Shown: in pieces, positions 1 through 12,672 of the stretch
Position numbering within the stretch: the stretch's first letter is position 1
Layout of the letters: the number at the start of each line of letters is the position of its first letter
Assembly (NCBI GenBank): GCA_965645245.1
Contig: OZ287074.1
Span: 1,426,001-1,490,000 of the forward strand
Length of the DNA stretch: 64,000 nucleotides
Direction of reading: 5' to 3'
Source of the DNA: Massalongia carnosa
Taxonomy: Eukaryota
Notes under the pieces: model-generated
Databases searched by the model: none
What the model saw: only the letters and a program-made list of their open reading frames with translations
Told to the model about the DNA's origin: nothing
Program-made: the position numbers and the translations under genes

Positions 1-43
1 GATGGCGCAAATGCGTGGCACTAATATCTTGATTTCAACTTAG

Positions 44-1099
44 AGGAGGAGCAGCGATGGGTTTGTGAGCGCAACGGGAATGTTCAAAGCTGCGTTTCCT
101 TGGGCAAAACATAATGAGGAAACTGAGGAGCGCGACTACATCAAAAGCCTCGCAACTACAAGTCAAGATGAGGTTGCCGGCAACGTCTGGATTCCGGAAC
201 AGCATGGTAGGCTGAAAGACAATTGTGTACGACATTACAAAAGTTAATGCAAATAATTAGCGCTCGAACTGGCTGAGGAATACGGCATATTGCCTTGGAT
301 TGTGGCATTGCTGGATGATTCGCCAGTTGCAGAGATTAAGAATCCAGATGATCCTAAGAAATCGATTTCTCCGCCTCCGAAATTCACGTTCACAGCAAAT
401 GACAACAAATCGCATCTCCCACCGCCAACCCCGGCACAACGCAGCGCGACTCCGCGGGCCAGAGGACGGCCTCGAGCAAGCTCCCCCACCAAGAATGGGA
501 CATTACCAAGCAAAGCTGTGACTCCTCGTAAGCCAAGAACAACCAAAGCAACCAACGCTGCAAACGCGGCTTCAGCCCGCGAAGCCAACGCCTCTCTCCA
601 AGCGTCCCTAGATAATGCAGCGTCTATAGCGGACTCGGAATCCGTGGACGGAGACAAGGTAACCGTAGAGGTCGAGTCGGCCATCGAGGTCAATGGAGAT
701 GCGGAGACGACGACGACCAATGTCAAAATCGCCATGCCGGGCCATTCGGCGGAGCTCCCCCTTCCGGAGAATCCCGAGCAGATGATTCAAACGGCCAAGG
801 AGATGGTTGAAGAAGCTCGAAGGCTAGAGGGAGAAACATCCGGTCGACCCCAATCGTCGAAACGCAAGGCGGACGTGCTGGATGACAGCGGAGATGAGGC
901 GGCTACTGATGCCGACCTGCAGCCTGCAAAGAAAGCAAGGCTACTAGAGCTACAATTGAAAAAGGAAAAGGTGCGAAAGCGTGCCCTATTAGGAGTGGCG
1001 GCAACTTTAGCTATTGGGTAAGCACTGTCTGGCTATTTGCTCCCCTCAAACTTGAACGCTAACGCTGGGCTTAGGGCATTGATTCCATACGTACTATGA
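44..1099 (+). CDS. APSES/KilA-N domain protein with C-terminal transmembrane anchor (Bqt4-like); 5' end lies outside the window; spliced
   Basis: Exons give [21 protein letters not shown]...[32 protein letters not shown] (KilA-N/APSES core), a low-complexity middle, and a hydrophobic tail [24 protein letters not shown] introns at about 208-260 and 1018-1074. Confidence 0.75.
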
Positions 1100-2190
1100 T
1101 GATGGCTGCAGGAGAAGAAGGCATGTTTTAGCGCAAAGGAATGACCGTTCTTTTGCTCCGCATCCGATTGGTCAGAGTCAGATAAGGGCTTGGAAGGGAT
1201 GGGAGCGCCCTCGCTTCCCCATGTAGTGCCAGCGTATACCAGTATTTCCCCCATTTCTTTCTGCTCTCTTTTTCAACCAAATCATATCACACCCTTTTGT
1301 CTACTTCCCATACTTGTGCCAGTCGAAAGTATTCCGCAAAAGGGGCGTTTTTGGTTTTGGGAGGGGAGGGCGACATGATGTTAGCTTTTTTTTTTTTTTT
1401 TGAAGGATTTCGTTCAGGGTGAGTAAAGGTAGGTACTCGTAGCTAGAAATAAATGGATGGATGGAAAGGGTGGTTGATGGGCTTTAATACATTTTACCGA
1501 CTACGGAGTACAGAGTTCCTGATCTTCAAAGATGCGAGCTACCAGTGTAGATACACATCACACATGTAGACGTTGGGGATTGCTCATTTAAGTCTTCCGC
1601 ATCGTGTGGCAGGCAGTTTGTTTTTTGTGTTAACATTACCTGTTACGGCTAGCGGGGACGATCAAAATGCCGCTTGTAAGCGCGTGATGGGAGAGCAATC
1701 CTGGCCGGAACACCTGTTTTACAACATAGTACGCACGCCATAGATTCAGCGCTGGGAAAAGTGTAATATACTTTAAAGTATTTGAAATCTCTACAGGAAA
1801 CTAGTTGTACACAAGAATCGTTAATTGTGTTGTGACAATTTTTGTCGTTTGCGTGCTTGCTCAGCTGAGGCTTGCACTGGTATTTACCTTTCGCATTGAA
1901 CGTGCAGCAAAATGTTGCAAAGCCTTTCTTGTTATGTCGAAAGAGAAATATTCTAAGCTTTCGATGCCACATCTCTTCAAAACGCATTGCCACATATTCT
2001 ACTTGCCTTTGTCTCTCCCAGATAAAACAGTCGGGATTATACAGGGCGAATAGGCACAATCTTGTTAGAGCTTCCGGTGGCCAAAAATACTTTACATCAA
2101 TTCAAACCTGCGTTACAGTCAGTCGCTCTTTTCAATTGGGGCGTGTATATAATTTGCCTGCTCATGACTTGGCGGAGCAGTGGAGCAAAG

Positions 2191-3603
2191 ATGAGAGCAG
2201 CTACTACAGTTCGATTTTCTCCCTCAAAGCTGTACATGCTGAGGACTAGCAATGTCGTCTTTGTGGCGTCGACAGTGACAAGGAGGACTTTTACCTCGGG
2301 TGGGAGCAAGTTGGCTACTTGGGGTTTCGTTGGCCTTGGGCGTATGGGTAAGCTATAGGATAACGCTAATTCTCATCAGAATGTTTTGCGTTTTGCTTGA
2401 ATGGATATTTACTAACTGATGTGAGACTGAGCTAGGGTATCCGATGGCCATGAACCTACGAGCTAGATTGCCAGCGAGTGATACGCTCGTGATTTATGAT
2501 CAGAATACTGAAGCGACATCAAGATTCCTTAGTGGACTTGAGACACCGCAGGCCAGCATTGGGACAGAAGTAGGAGAAGTAAGCGAAACCAAGTGTATGG
2601 TTAAGCTTGTCAATTCGCCGCGAGAGGTGGCAGAAAGATCTGTAAGTGGGAGACATTCTTCAACTTTCCTTTTTCTATGTGGTTTATATGATGAATAAGT
2701 TCTATCGATGATCCAAGTTGGGCGCCTTGCCATTGCGCATAGCTCTTCTCATGATTTCAAAAAGTTTCTACATCAAAGCCAATCCTCTGATCCCAACCAC
2801 GCATCAAGTGTCACCTCAGCTACCCTCATCAGTCTCCACGAACTTCGCTAACAACTACATTCTCCTAAAACCAGCATACTATCATCACAGTTCTCCCCGA
2901 ACCTTCTCACGTTAAAATCGTCTTTCATAATATCCTTAATCCACCGCTCCCCGCAATAACCCAAGAACGGCTCTTTATCGACTGCTCCACCATTGACCCG
3001 GCTTCTTCCCGAGAAGTTGCCAATGCAGTCCACCACAACGCTCAGGGCCGTTTCGTCGACGCCCCTATGTCCGGCGGCGTTTTGGGTGCTCGCACCGCAA
3101 CCCTTACCTTCATGCTGGGCGCCTCTTCCCGCTCCGGGGCCTTGGTAGCGCGAGCTACCGCGGCCCTGCAATTTATGGGCCGCAAAGTCGTGTATCTGGG
3201 CGAGCAGGGCATGGGCCTAAGTGCCAAGCTCGCCAATAACTACCTCCTGGCCATAACCAACATTGCGGTAGCTGAGGCCATGCACCTCGGCCTGCGCAGC
3301 GGGCTCGATGCCGTGAAGCTAGGGCAGCTCATCAACAGTAGCAGCGGGCGATGCTGGTCCAGCGAGGTGAACAATCCCGTCCCTGGCATCAGTCCCAACG
3401 CCCCGGTCGAGGATGATTATGAAGGTGGCTTCAGTGTTGAACTGATGCGTAAGGATTTGCGCCTCGCAGTAGAAGCAGCAGGCGTTGTGGGCGCGCGGCT
3501 AGAGCTGGCGGGCAAAGCGACTGAGGTGTACGAGCACGTCGAGGCCGAGCATCCAGGAAGGGATTTTTCTGTTGTGTATCAGTGGCTAGAAGACAAAGAC
3601 TAG
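2191..3603 (+). CDS. 3-hydroxyisobutyrate dehydrogenase, mitochondrial (6PGD/NAD-binding family); 2 introns
   Basis: Presequence-like N-terminus, Rossmann motif WGFVGLGRMGYPMA, FIDCSTIDP, DAPMSGG, AKLANN, SSSGRCWSSEVNNPVPG, GGFSVELMRKDL. Introns at about 2348-2435 and 2642-2874. Confidence 0.9.
2685..2793 (+). ncRNA. Candidate intronic box C/D snoRNA
   Basis: Box C ATGATGA (2688-2694) and box D CTGA (2787-2790) inside an enlarged 233-nt intron. The segment AGCCAATCCT directly 5' of box D is complementary to the conserved LSU rRNA sequence AGGAUUGGCU (recalled). Confidence 0.7.
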
Positions 3604-4289
3604 GTCGGGTTGTGATTGCAATTGGGAAGGCGTTTTGTGTTTGGCTCGGTCTGGGTGGGAGGGGTGCATTATATTACTACATTTTAGATCCCTATGGGGC
3701 ATACTATGGGGCATTCCTGGGAGGATAGTTGTTGGGCATTTCCGTGTACTTTTTTGTCTGGCAGAGAAAACAGCGCTACATTTCAAGACCCGTTGGTTAC
3801 AAGGCCTTGTTCAGATTGAGAATTTCTAATTTATGATAATTAGATCCCAAGGACGAGGTACTTACTCCTAATCTATTGCTATGTTCTAGCGTATCTACAG
3901 GGAAATGTAAGAAATGCCAGGTAGTTTAGCACATTTTCGTGGACCGTATCCTCCCAGTGCTCTCTAAAGGCTGGACATCTCACAATCAATTGACTTAATG
4001 AAGCAAATTCTTTGATCATCAGTGTATTTCATATCTGGACGATGTGCATGAATTGAAAGAACGGGAAAAACAAGCAACTTTAAATCACGCCTTCAGTTTC
4101 CGATTTCCATCCTTTTGGTCAGACAGTCCCGGTCCTGATCATGACCTATCTACAGAGTACATAACAGCTACCTCGGAAATGCTTTATCATCTAGTGCTAT
4201 GACTCCTGACCGAGCGATTGGTTCATGCTGGCTATGAAATCCTAAGATGGGAATGAACATTATGAGCAAGCACCTACACCTATCAGATC

Positions 4290-5015
4290 ATGGAGGGTCA
4301 AAAGAATCCTACAGCTATCTTATCGCCTAGTCATCTGGAGTTAGTTGACTATGTTCTCAGAACTCATACTGCTCCAAGCACACTCATCATTTGTTCTACG
4401 CGCAAGTCTTTTCTTGAAGAGCTTCATGGTGATGTGCGCAACAATCACCCGACAGAACGGCTACTATCACAGGATAATGATAGTTCTGCTACGCCACATT
4501 CATTGCTGATCCCAACGATTCATCTTTTGTCAAAGTCTAGGACAATCTGCCTAGCATTCACACCAACTCTACAGCATCTTAGAGCCTATCTCGCTACCTT
4601 TCAACCCAGTGCTGAAATCCATCCTACTCCGCCAAAGTACCAAAAACCCGGATCACGCATATCAATGCTCCTCATCCTTGGTCTTGTCGCTCTGCATCAT
4701 TCTACCGCCGAACATTCTGCACAAGGCTTATCACAGAGCCTAGCCGTCGCAGTTGAAGCTGCATATTTTTCGGACAGGAAACTCATTCTGGCAGAAATCC
4801 ACAGAGAGGGTGGACGTGAAGAGATCACAGCTGAGGACGAGGATATGATTGAAGTACAATATGACCCTTGGACAGATCAAGTCCCTCTCCTGAACGGAAG
4901 CATTCGTTCTGGAATCGAAGGTAGAACATGGGCTGGCCGAACGGTTGACATCCGAAGAGTTGTGGGAAGGTGGTGCAAATTTGAGTCCTTGGATGCGGAG
5001 GATCCAACAATATAA
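4290..5015 (+). CDS. Conserved-looking fungal hypothetical protein (possible degenerate RecA-fold / Shu-complex-like)
   Basis: Intronless 241-aa ATG ORF with globular alpha/beta pattern: STLIICSTR..FL, FTPTLQHLRAYL, SAQGLSQSLAVAVEAA, VPLLNG, WAGRTV..RRVVGRW. Confidence 0.65.
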   Translation: MEGQKNPTAILSPSHLELVDYVLRTHTAPSTLIICSTRKSFLEELHGDVRNNHPTERLLSQDNDSSATPHSLLIPTIHLLSKSRTICLAFTPTLQHLRAYLATFQPSAEIHPTPPKYQKPGSRISMLLILGLVALHHSTAEHSAQGLSQSLAVAVEAAYFSDRKLILAEIHREGGREEITAEDEDMIEVQYDPWTDQVPLLNGSIRSGIEGRTWAGRTVDIRRVVGRWCKFESLDAEDPTI

Positions 5016-5605
5016 CTTATTGGGAAAATGGTACAACTATCGCTCAATGATGGTTTCACACAATCAAACTAACAACCTTAAACTTCCAGAACCTGAGCCT
5101 AATGGCGTTGTACCAGTGCTGAGCAATATTCAGGTTTTAGCATCAGTCGTAATTTCTTCGAAGGCAAACTTAGTTACCAGGAATTTCATTTTGAACAGAT
5201 CCTACAAATTTTATGGAAACCTCTGAAATTGATTTAAGTATTCCACGCCCAGACGCTCTGCTGACTCCGCCCTAGATTAGGTCGTTATATTTCATCACGG
5301 ATAAGCATGTTGGTCACAGGAAGGGTGAAAGAAAATAAAAGGGTTAATAGGGTATTGTACGGGATGAATATTCACTCCAACCGGAAACGATGCCCACTGA
5401 CAACGTTGATTGTTAAGGTACTGAGACCTGCAAAAAACGATATATAAAGCTATATTGTATAATCACCGGTAACGACGTCTAATCAACGGCTTCACTGAGA
5501 GAATAACTAAACTCCGATCTATCGAGGTGATGAGCGAAATTCTATCGGCCCATATAAGGAAGACCGTATGTACACGTGATGTTTAACGAAAATCGTCGAC
5601 AAGTT

Positions 5606-5973
5606 TTATGTCTCTCTCGGAACCAGCTCCAGCTTCATTCCTATGCTATGCCGCCCAGATCTCCAGGGGAGGATTATTTGACCTCCAGACATTGTTCCCT
5701 CCCAGGTAAATCGCCCTAGGTAAATCACCCCTGGGAACTGGAAGCCCTGGAAAATCGTTCCTCGGAATAGAAATCTCTGAGCTTGTTCCGGAGGATTCTT
5801 GTCCTCGTGCTGATAGCGACCTTTGTTATGCGGCATTTTGACTGGACATGATGTTACATCGCACGGGATCGCAGGATGAATGTGGGAACATTCCCTGGAG
5901 CAAACGGATGAAGTATATGTGCTAGACGAGTTTTCCCATCTCGCTTCTTCTTGCTTGTATGATATAGCGTCCA
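5606..5973 (-). CDS. Possible orphan hypothetical protein
   Basis: ORF MDAISYKQEEARW...CSRECSHIHPAIPCDVTSCPVKMPHNKG with Cys/His cluster; no recognised family. Confidence 0.25.
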
Positions 5974-7350
5974 TGATGGATCCAATCTGAGTCTGTAACG
6001 GGTTTTGTGGATGCTGTGTCGTGCTTTTTGGTAAGTGCAAAGACACCTAATTTCTGATATGTCCTATTTTCCAAGTTTGGTTTGTTGTGATGTGTGGGAG
6101 CAGAACTTTTATAATCCACGTTCTATTTAACCTACTGTCCTGATAAGCCGGACTTCTTTGTTCTTTGTCCTTTTATGCGCGGAAGCTATATGGGTGTTTC
6201 TTTTTTCAATAAATTAAAGCGCTAGGCATTACCATATTGCTTTGTCAATGGAGAAGAACAATCAGACTGCTTCTTCTTATTATATTCCCGTTCCGGTAGT
6301 TCATAAGGGCTTTCATTCACCGTTAAAGAAACTATTGGGATTGATTTATCTCTTTCGTTTGTCGGGTGTTGACGGTGAACAGCCCAGTTTGTGGTTTTGA
6401 TGGGCCTTTATTCTTGGTCACAAAGGCATTTCCGGATGATTGGTCCATATAGATGAACCGCGGCATTTGGTAGGTCTTCGAGTCCACACTTACGGACACA
6501 CCCTCAACTGCGAGATTGTGTATTGTCCTAAATATCCTTTGTTTCAAACTTACAATAAGGAAAATAGCACTATCTTAATCGGTGAAATATGCACTTGGCC
6601 AGTTAGTTGCACAAAACACCACTAATCGAGAGATTGCGTCGTTTTGTTTGGTCCGGAGATGAGTGAAGTCGGAAAACGGCAAATAGAGAGCTCCAGGCTT
6701 CGTTTTCACCATTCCCGGTAATGACACCTAGATGAGTCAATTCTTTTAATTCTTTCCCTGTCACCATCGTGAACAAGATGAATGAAAAAAAGGGGACTCA
6801 AAGGTTGCTTCCGCTATTGATGGTGTCCTGATAAGCGGATTTCCTTATTCGTGCCTTCTCAAAATGGTGGTCGTGGAGCCAAGTTTTAGATCATCCCTTT
6901 AACGAAATACGTTTTTGATTGTTTAACAACACATACATTGTTTTCGTGATGTACTGCTCTTCACGAGGTTTGAGTAATTTTGTATCCACAGCGCTTCAAG
7001 TACACGCATTCTTATGAGGAGACCTAGCCATACTTTTAATTTCATTCCTATTTAATGCAACTCCTGGTCAAGAGCAGATCATCTTCATCAAATCTCCCCC
7101 AGTGTTCTCATTTTCCCGTCCATTCAAGCATTGCGAACGAAACCCGAAATACAAGAACCATATCTTTTTTATTCCTATCTTCTTGAACTCTCTATCAAGC
7201 GAAGTGCCGTAAAATATTCTCATCCACTATGCTATCTATCTCTGCAAGTCTGACCAAAATTACATTAGGAGCCCTTGAGTCTTCACGTTTTCCCTCCTGA
7301 ATATTTTGACCCATTCTTCCGCTCTATCTTGTTCCACATTAGGCTCCGAG

Positions 7351-7527
7351 ATGTGTCGGTCCATCAAATGGTATTTCAAGTGCGGCTGTTATAGGGAGAC
7401 GATTCTGGAGCGTTGCGCGAAAGAGTTCGAGCAAGGCCACATCATCTCAATACACGAGAGAACTTCTTCCATCATGTGCGATGAATGCTATTACCGAGAC
7501 GACGAGGAGGAGGTACAAAGAAAGTAA
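7351..7527 (+). CDS. Small Cys-rich putative zinc-binding protein (MC-x7-CGC...CxxC)
   Basis: MCRSIKWYFKCGCYRETILERCAKEFEQGHIISIHERTSSIMCDECYYRDDEEEVQRK, 58 aa. Pattern is typical of small fungal 'MC...CGC/H' proteins. Confidence 0.5.
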   Translation: MCRSIKWYFKCGCYRETILERCAKEFEQGHIISIHERTSSIMCDECYYRDDEEEVQRK

Positions 7528-8694
7528 CGAGTGGTTAGTGAAGAGGTTGTTGAAGATGGCAGGAAAACAAACCTCGGTTCGGAAAACAGTATGTTGGCAT
7601 GAAAGGTCTTGCTCTTGGTTCTGCATCCGTGGTTTTCTTCCTCCTTGCTTTTTCGGATTCCTCTTCAATTTCCAGGGTAGGTTACTTTGGTACCACAGGA
7701 TATGCTATGTGGTTAAGGCTCTATGCATGCAAGCTCCGGTTTATTCACTCTATCTCCTCTTCTTCGACCTACTTGAAGTGGGTGTATGTATCGGGTATGT
7801 GAATTTACATCGTCTGACTCCCTTCTTGGATGCTCGGACGTCATTCATTTCTTGACCTTTACTACTGAGAAGCCTTACAGTGTGTCTGTCTGTGCTGTCC
7901 GTGTGAACATTTGCTTGATGCTCCAAATTCAGATGCTCACCGGACGAGCTTCGCGAATATTTATCACTGACGGTTCTCCCATTAATCCTGGACAAAACCT
8001 TTGTCGTCACTTTGAAAGGATTCACAACGCGAAACGTGTTTGTGCAACCCGTTTAGTTCTCTCCCTATTGTTCCACCCAGGCGCCACGTTGTTCACGCTC
8101 ATCCTCAACCCTTCTTTGACTTCACGTTCTTTGTCCCTATCACAAGACCTGCAGTTCATTCATTGTTCGCGGTTTACTTAGAAACCTTCGCCTTCAGCCT
8201 ATGCTCTCCGACCGAGAAAGTGTTCGCCTGGGAAGGCTGAACTGGGTACATAATGGGCATGGAAGATGTCTTGTTAAGGGGCATCAGACGCAGCTTCGAT
8301 CCACTCTACAATCTTCGATATTTCAATAGTTTGACTCTCTTAATTACAATTTCCCACCACTGTTCTATCACCACCTCTCTACCGATCCCCATATTCACCA
8401 GTTTTCTTATCTACTACCATCTCGTCCTTGCCTCTCGACTCCATACGTTCTACTAACCCTCTGCTTCCGTGGTCGGTTCTCCAGTTCAGCTCTGTCGGCC
8501 AGTTCAGTTCTGCCCGCTACATTCTATTATTCCTGTACTCTCCAAGCACCTAGACATTCGACACGGGAACGGCTTGGGCAAGGTCCATATTCTGCTCTCG
8601 TGGCACAAAATTGTTTGTGAACCCTCTGGTTATTGAGTCCTCGAAGCCTCGATCCAATTCGGATAATTACCCGGCTCACACCATTCGTATTTCC

Positions 8695-9492
8695 ATGTGT
8701 CTTCTCACCGAGTCAAGGTGCCTTACGGAAGGTTGTATACGATACGCGAACCTAGTGCTTGGCGTCTGTAGTAAGCCAACGGCTTGCATAAAAGATATTA
8801 CTGATCCCAAAAAGTGCCAAAAAGGTAGAAATTTCTGTGTTATTTGTACTCATAGGGGTCCGATCTTACCACCTGGCTATTTAGAGCAGCTGATACAGAA
8901 AGAAGAAGAGGCACGAAGAGTTTACGAAGAGGCAAAGCTTGACTTTATTCTTGGGGACCCAAGCATTGTCGACCCACAGCGTGATGTTATCAAGAACGCT
9001 ATAAAGCAGATAGCACGTTTGGGGTTAGACGGTTGGATGCCGCCACCTCCGCCGTCACCCTTGCCGGTGACTTTGGCGCCGCCACCGACTTTGGCCCCAC
9101 CGACTTTGGCCCCACCGACTTTGGCCCCACCGACTTTGGCGTCGCCACCCCCGGCGAAGACTTCGGCGCCGGCACACCCGCCGGAGACAGGCCCTTGGAG
9201 GAAATTCCTCGAACAGGCGTTGTATTTCAGCATACATTTTGAAGATGGGATTTTCATCGCCGGCGGATTGAAAAAGGAACAGCTTAGCCCGCTGGCCGTG
9301 AAGCACATAAGGCCCGCCTTCGGTTACGCCAGCCCCGAAGTTCACCTGGCGGCTATATCCCGGGTGCCAAAGATCGCAGTTCCGGGCTTGGTTCCGTTCC
9401 AGAACCTGCCTTCGGAAGTGGACCTGTACAACGAAGCCGAACAGTTCCTGGCTCTTTATAACGCCCAGAAAACTAATTTCTTACTTAATTAG
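8695..9492 (+). CDS. Orphan protein with N-terminal MC...Cys cluster and proline-rich TLAPP repeats
   Basis: ATG at 8695: MCLLTESRCLTEGC...C...C...C...CVIC, then a helical segment, PPPPP and TLAPP repeats; open for 265 codons. Confidence 0.5.
   Translation: MCLLTESRCLTEGCIRYANLVLGVCSKPTACIKDITDPKKCQKGRNFCVICTHRGPILPPGYLEQLIQKEEEARRVYEEAKLDFILGDPSIVDPQRDVIKNAIKQIARLGLDGWMPPPPPSPLPVTLAPPPTLAPPTLAPPTLAPPTLASPPPAKTSAPAHPPETGPWRKFLEQALYFSIHFEDGIFIAGGLKKEQLSPLAVKHIRPAFGYASPEVHLAAISRVPKIAVPGLVPFQNLPSEVDLYNEAEQFLALYNAQKTNFLLN
9069..9149 (+). repeat. 15-bp coding tandem repeat (CGACTTTGGCCCCAC), about 5 units, encoding TLAPP
   Basis: Directly visible repeat units. Confidence 0.9.
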
Positions 9493-11003
9493 TCACGTCA
9501 GGAGAAGATGCGGCTCCTAGATGGGTTTTGAGGGCGTAGGGCTAGGAGGAGTTGGTGATGGGAATTTGGTTTCCTGTCGTGTGTAAGTTTTGCTTTTTAT
9601 TGGACCCGGGGAAGGGAGTGGGGGGGGGATTGATTGTGGATGTATTTTTCTGCGAGGTTATAGACTGCGTATGGAGATTCTGATGGCATGCATGATTGGG
9701 TTGCTTTTTTGGAGCTTCATCTCATGCTGAACTGTTACACTAGATGGCATTGAAAATTTTTTTTTTTAAAATATATAGTCGCCAATCATTTCTCAGCCTT
9801 TTTTCTCTGCTAAAGTACTAGAATATAGTATTTTATCATGTTTTCTCTACAGCTTCCCTTCTACCTCATATATTTTGTTTTGTTTTGTTCCCCCCTCAGA
9901 ACCACCCCCTTTTAATTTCTTGGTAAGATTCTTTGCTTTTTATCTCGTTGGCGGCTGGTGGTTATTTTTTTAAAAAAAAAATAGCATGCTAGCTGGGGTT
10001 CTCTTCTTCCTTCCTTCCTTCTTTCTTCAAGGGAAACGGTTATGGTTGATAGGCACAACGAATAATAAATAGTCAAGATGTTGTTTGTCTGATGGAGAAG
10101 GGCGTCCAGCTAGTTAGTTAATTAGCTAGCTGCCTGCGAAGCTACATGAGAAATATATGAGGGGGAGAGGGGAGGAGGAGAATATGTTTTTGAGCCTAAA
10201 CCTAACTAAACCTATGTCTGACTAACTGACTACAGGTAAAGGATTCTGGAAAGGTTATTCGTATGTTGTCGGTCATGCGGGCATCACATACAATACATCT
10301 ATCTATCTATCTTACATAGAGGGGGTTCATTGATTGATAGATTGGGTTGCTGGGACAGGTGCGTTAAATAAAAAGGGGGGGGGGGGGGGAGGGGGTGGCG
10401 GGTTTTTTTGGTGGTGCTTGCTTAGTTGCTTGGTTGGTTGGGTGGGGCCTTCTAGTTGGTTCAAGTAGGTGAGGAGGTAAGTACTTAATTAAGTATCTGC
10501 TTATCTATCTATCTACATAGATAGGTAGGTAGCGTAGTATATATATGATATAATATATAAGTAGGGCTATGATGTAAAGCAGGACGACTGCGAGAGTTAG
10601 GGGTTGGGGAAAGGAAAGAGGAGAGGAATGGATGAACGATCAAACAAAAAGTGACTGAAAATCCCCTCCCTCCAAAAAAGGAGTAACGTCAACTAACTAC
10701 ACAAATAACTTCTTTCTCTCTCTTCCCGCCTCGAATCCTCGCAGATTCTCTCTCTCTCCTTTTCTGTTTTGCGTGCTTAGTTGTTTGTTTCATATTCCAT
10801 TTACCTATCCAATCCAGTCCAATCCATCAACGCCTTCCTTCAAGCCCCTTGAGCCAGTTTACCCCCTCCCCCCCTCACTCTCCTATCCAAACCCCAAACC
10901 CAGCCCAGCCTCCTCCTCAACAAAACACAAGATGGACAAAAGAAAAGTAAACCCCCCCCCCCGGAAAGCAAGTCGAGACATTTAATTTTATTTTGGTCTC
11001 GTT

Positions 11004-12585
11004 TCAGAATAAACACTGTTCCATCTCGGTGCAATAGAGCGAGATGTGGGCGTCCAGTTTCAGGTAGGCGTCCTCGGCGCTCTGGATCTCATTCTCGATG
11101 TTTTCTTTCAGGTCGGCCATCTGGATGGATGGGTAAGTAAGTATTTAAGACTCCCCCGGGGAAAAGGGGGGGAAGAAGCGAAATAGGGCCCGCAAAAAAA
11201 ACATTACCTTTTTCTCCGTCTGCTCGATCCGCACTCGCCGCCTTTCCATATCCCTCCCCTTCTCTACCCGCTCCTCGGTCAAGCGCCGATGCACGCCGCG
11301 CAACTGCTCCATCTCCTCCTTGGCCACCTGCGCCTTCTCCCGGCTGCCCGTCCGCACGGCTTCCGTGCGTTCCTGCCACCGCTTCAGCTGGCGCTGCAGC
11401 AGCACCTCGGCGCGCTCGACCTCACGCACGTTGTTGCCCCGCTCCGAGAGCGCGTCGCGCCGCCGGCTCGCCTTGACGGCTTCTTCGTCCTCCTTGTGCA
11501 GCTCGGCGGCGACCTCGTCCAGCACCTTGACGCACGAGGCGACGTCGTGGGTCACGATGGTGAAGGTGTCGGCGCTCGTTTGCAGCGCGCGCGCGCGCTT
11601 TTCCAGCCCGTCCATTTGCGACCGGTCGCGCGTGAGGTTGTCCGAGAGCTCGGTAAGGCTGGCTTGGAGGGCGGCCGGCGACTGTAAGACGTATGGGCGC
11701 AGTTTTTCGGATTCCTGCCGGAGACCAAGGCATCGCTCGGTGCGCTCTTCGAGGAAGCCGGTCAATCTCCCCTTTTCCGCCCGGACGCGCTCCAAACGCT
11801 CGGCGATGCGCTCTTGGCCTTTTTTCAGCTCCAGCAGCCGCGCTTTGAGTTCATCGTTGCGCCGGGTTTTTTCTTTGACGTGAATGTCCATGGATTTGCG
11901 TTCTCGCCTCATCTCGTCGAGCCGCGCCTCCATTTCTTGGTTTTCCAGGTAGAGGGTCTCGATGCGCGATTTGGTAGTCTCGGCTTTGTTGAAATGCTCG
12001 TCGATGGTGGCGGTTTGGGACTCACGGAACCTAACGAAGTTGATGATGTAGGAGAAGATCTTGACCAATCGGTCATGCGTGGGTCGGAGGAGATCGGAGA
12101 AGGAGAAATCATGGATGCCGCACTAGATCGTAAATTAGCACATCATCCAGCTCTCAGATCAGCTGGTTGTACCTCAACAAGCAGTTTCCTCAATGAAAAA
12201 TAAAACCCCATTAGATTCCTCGTATCCACTGGCACAATATCCATGTGCTCCCCACAAACATCTTCCGCCGCCGCGCGCATCGCCGGCTCCACGGTCTCGC
12301 GCGTCGCATTCATCAGCAGTTCGGCGAACCATTCGAATACTTTTTGGATTTGCTGGGGATTCGGCTTCATCAAATCTTCGGGGGAGAATTGAACGCCAAT
12401 GTCGCTGATGCATCCTGCGATTTCGCGATCAGGCTGTAGCAGTGGTCAACAGATGGGAACGGCGGGATTCTGTAAGGACTTACCAGGCGCATGAAAGCGT
12501 CGCTGTCGTTCTTTTCTTGTTTGGCTCGGCCGCCATTACCAGGTTGGGAGCGGAATTGCTGACTCATACGGCCATTGAAATCCAT
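11004..12585 (-). CDS. NUF2: Kinetochore protein Nuf2 (Ndc80 complex); 3 introns
   Basis: [19 protein letters not shown]...DLMKPNP...[34 protein letters not shown] (CH domain), long coiled coil, ending [14 protein letters not shown]. Confidence 0.92.
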
Positions 12586-12672
12586 AGCTAGTACTTTGTG
12601 TGAGGAATTCGTATTATCAGGATGGTGATGTTGATAGTTTTGCGACGACGAGGTTCGGTTGCGATTGCAAAA

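Noticed and set aside
9600..10960. Poly-G/poly-T tracts and (ATCT)n/(GGTT)n microsatellites (also at 21.4-22.9, 28-28.6 and 40-41.3 kb)
   Set aside because: Generic low-complexity DNA between convergent genes. ORFs called there are artefacts.
11289..11883. Long antisense ORFs over NUF2 (similarly over DBP7, clr2 and the SDR)
   Set aside because: Shadows of GC-rich coding sequence on the opposite strand.
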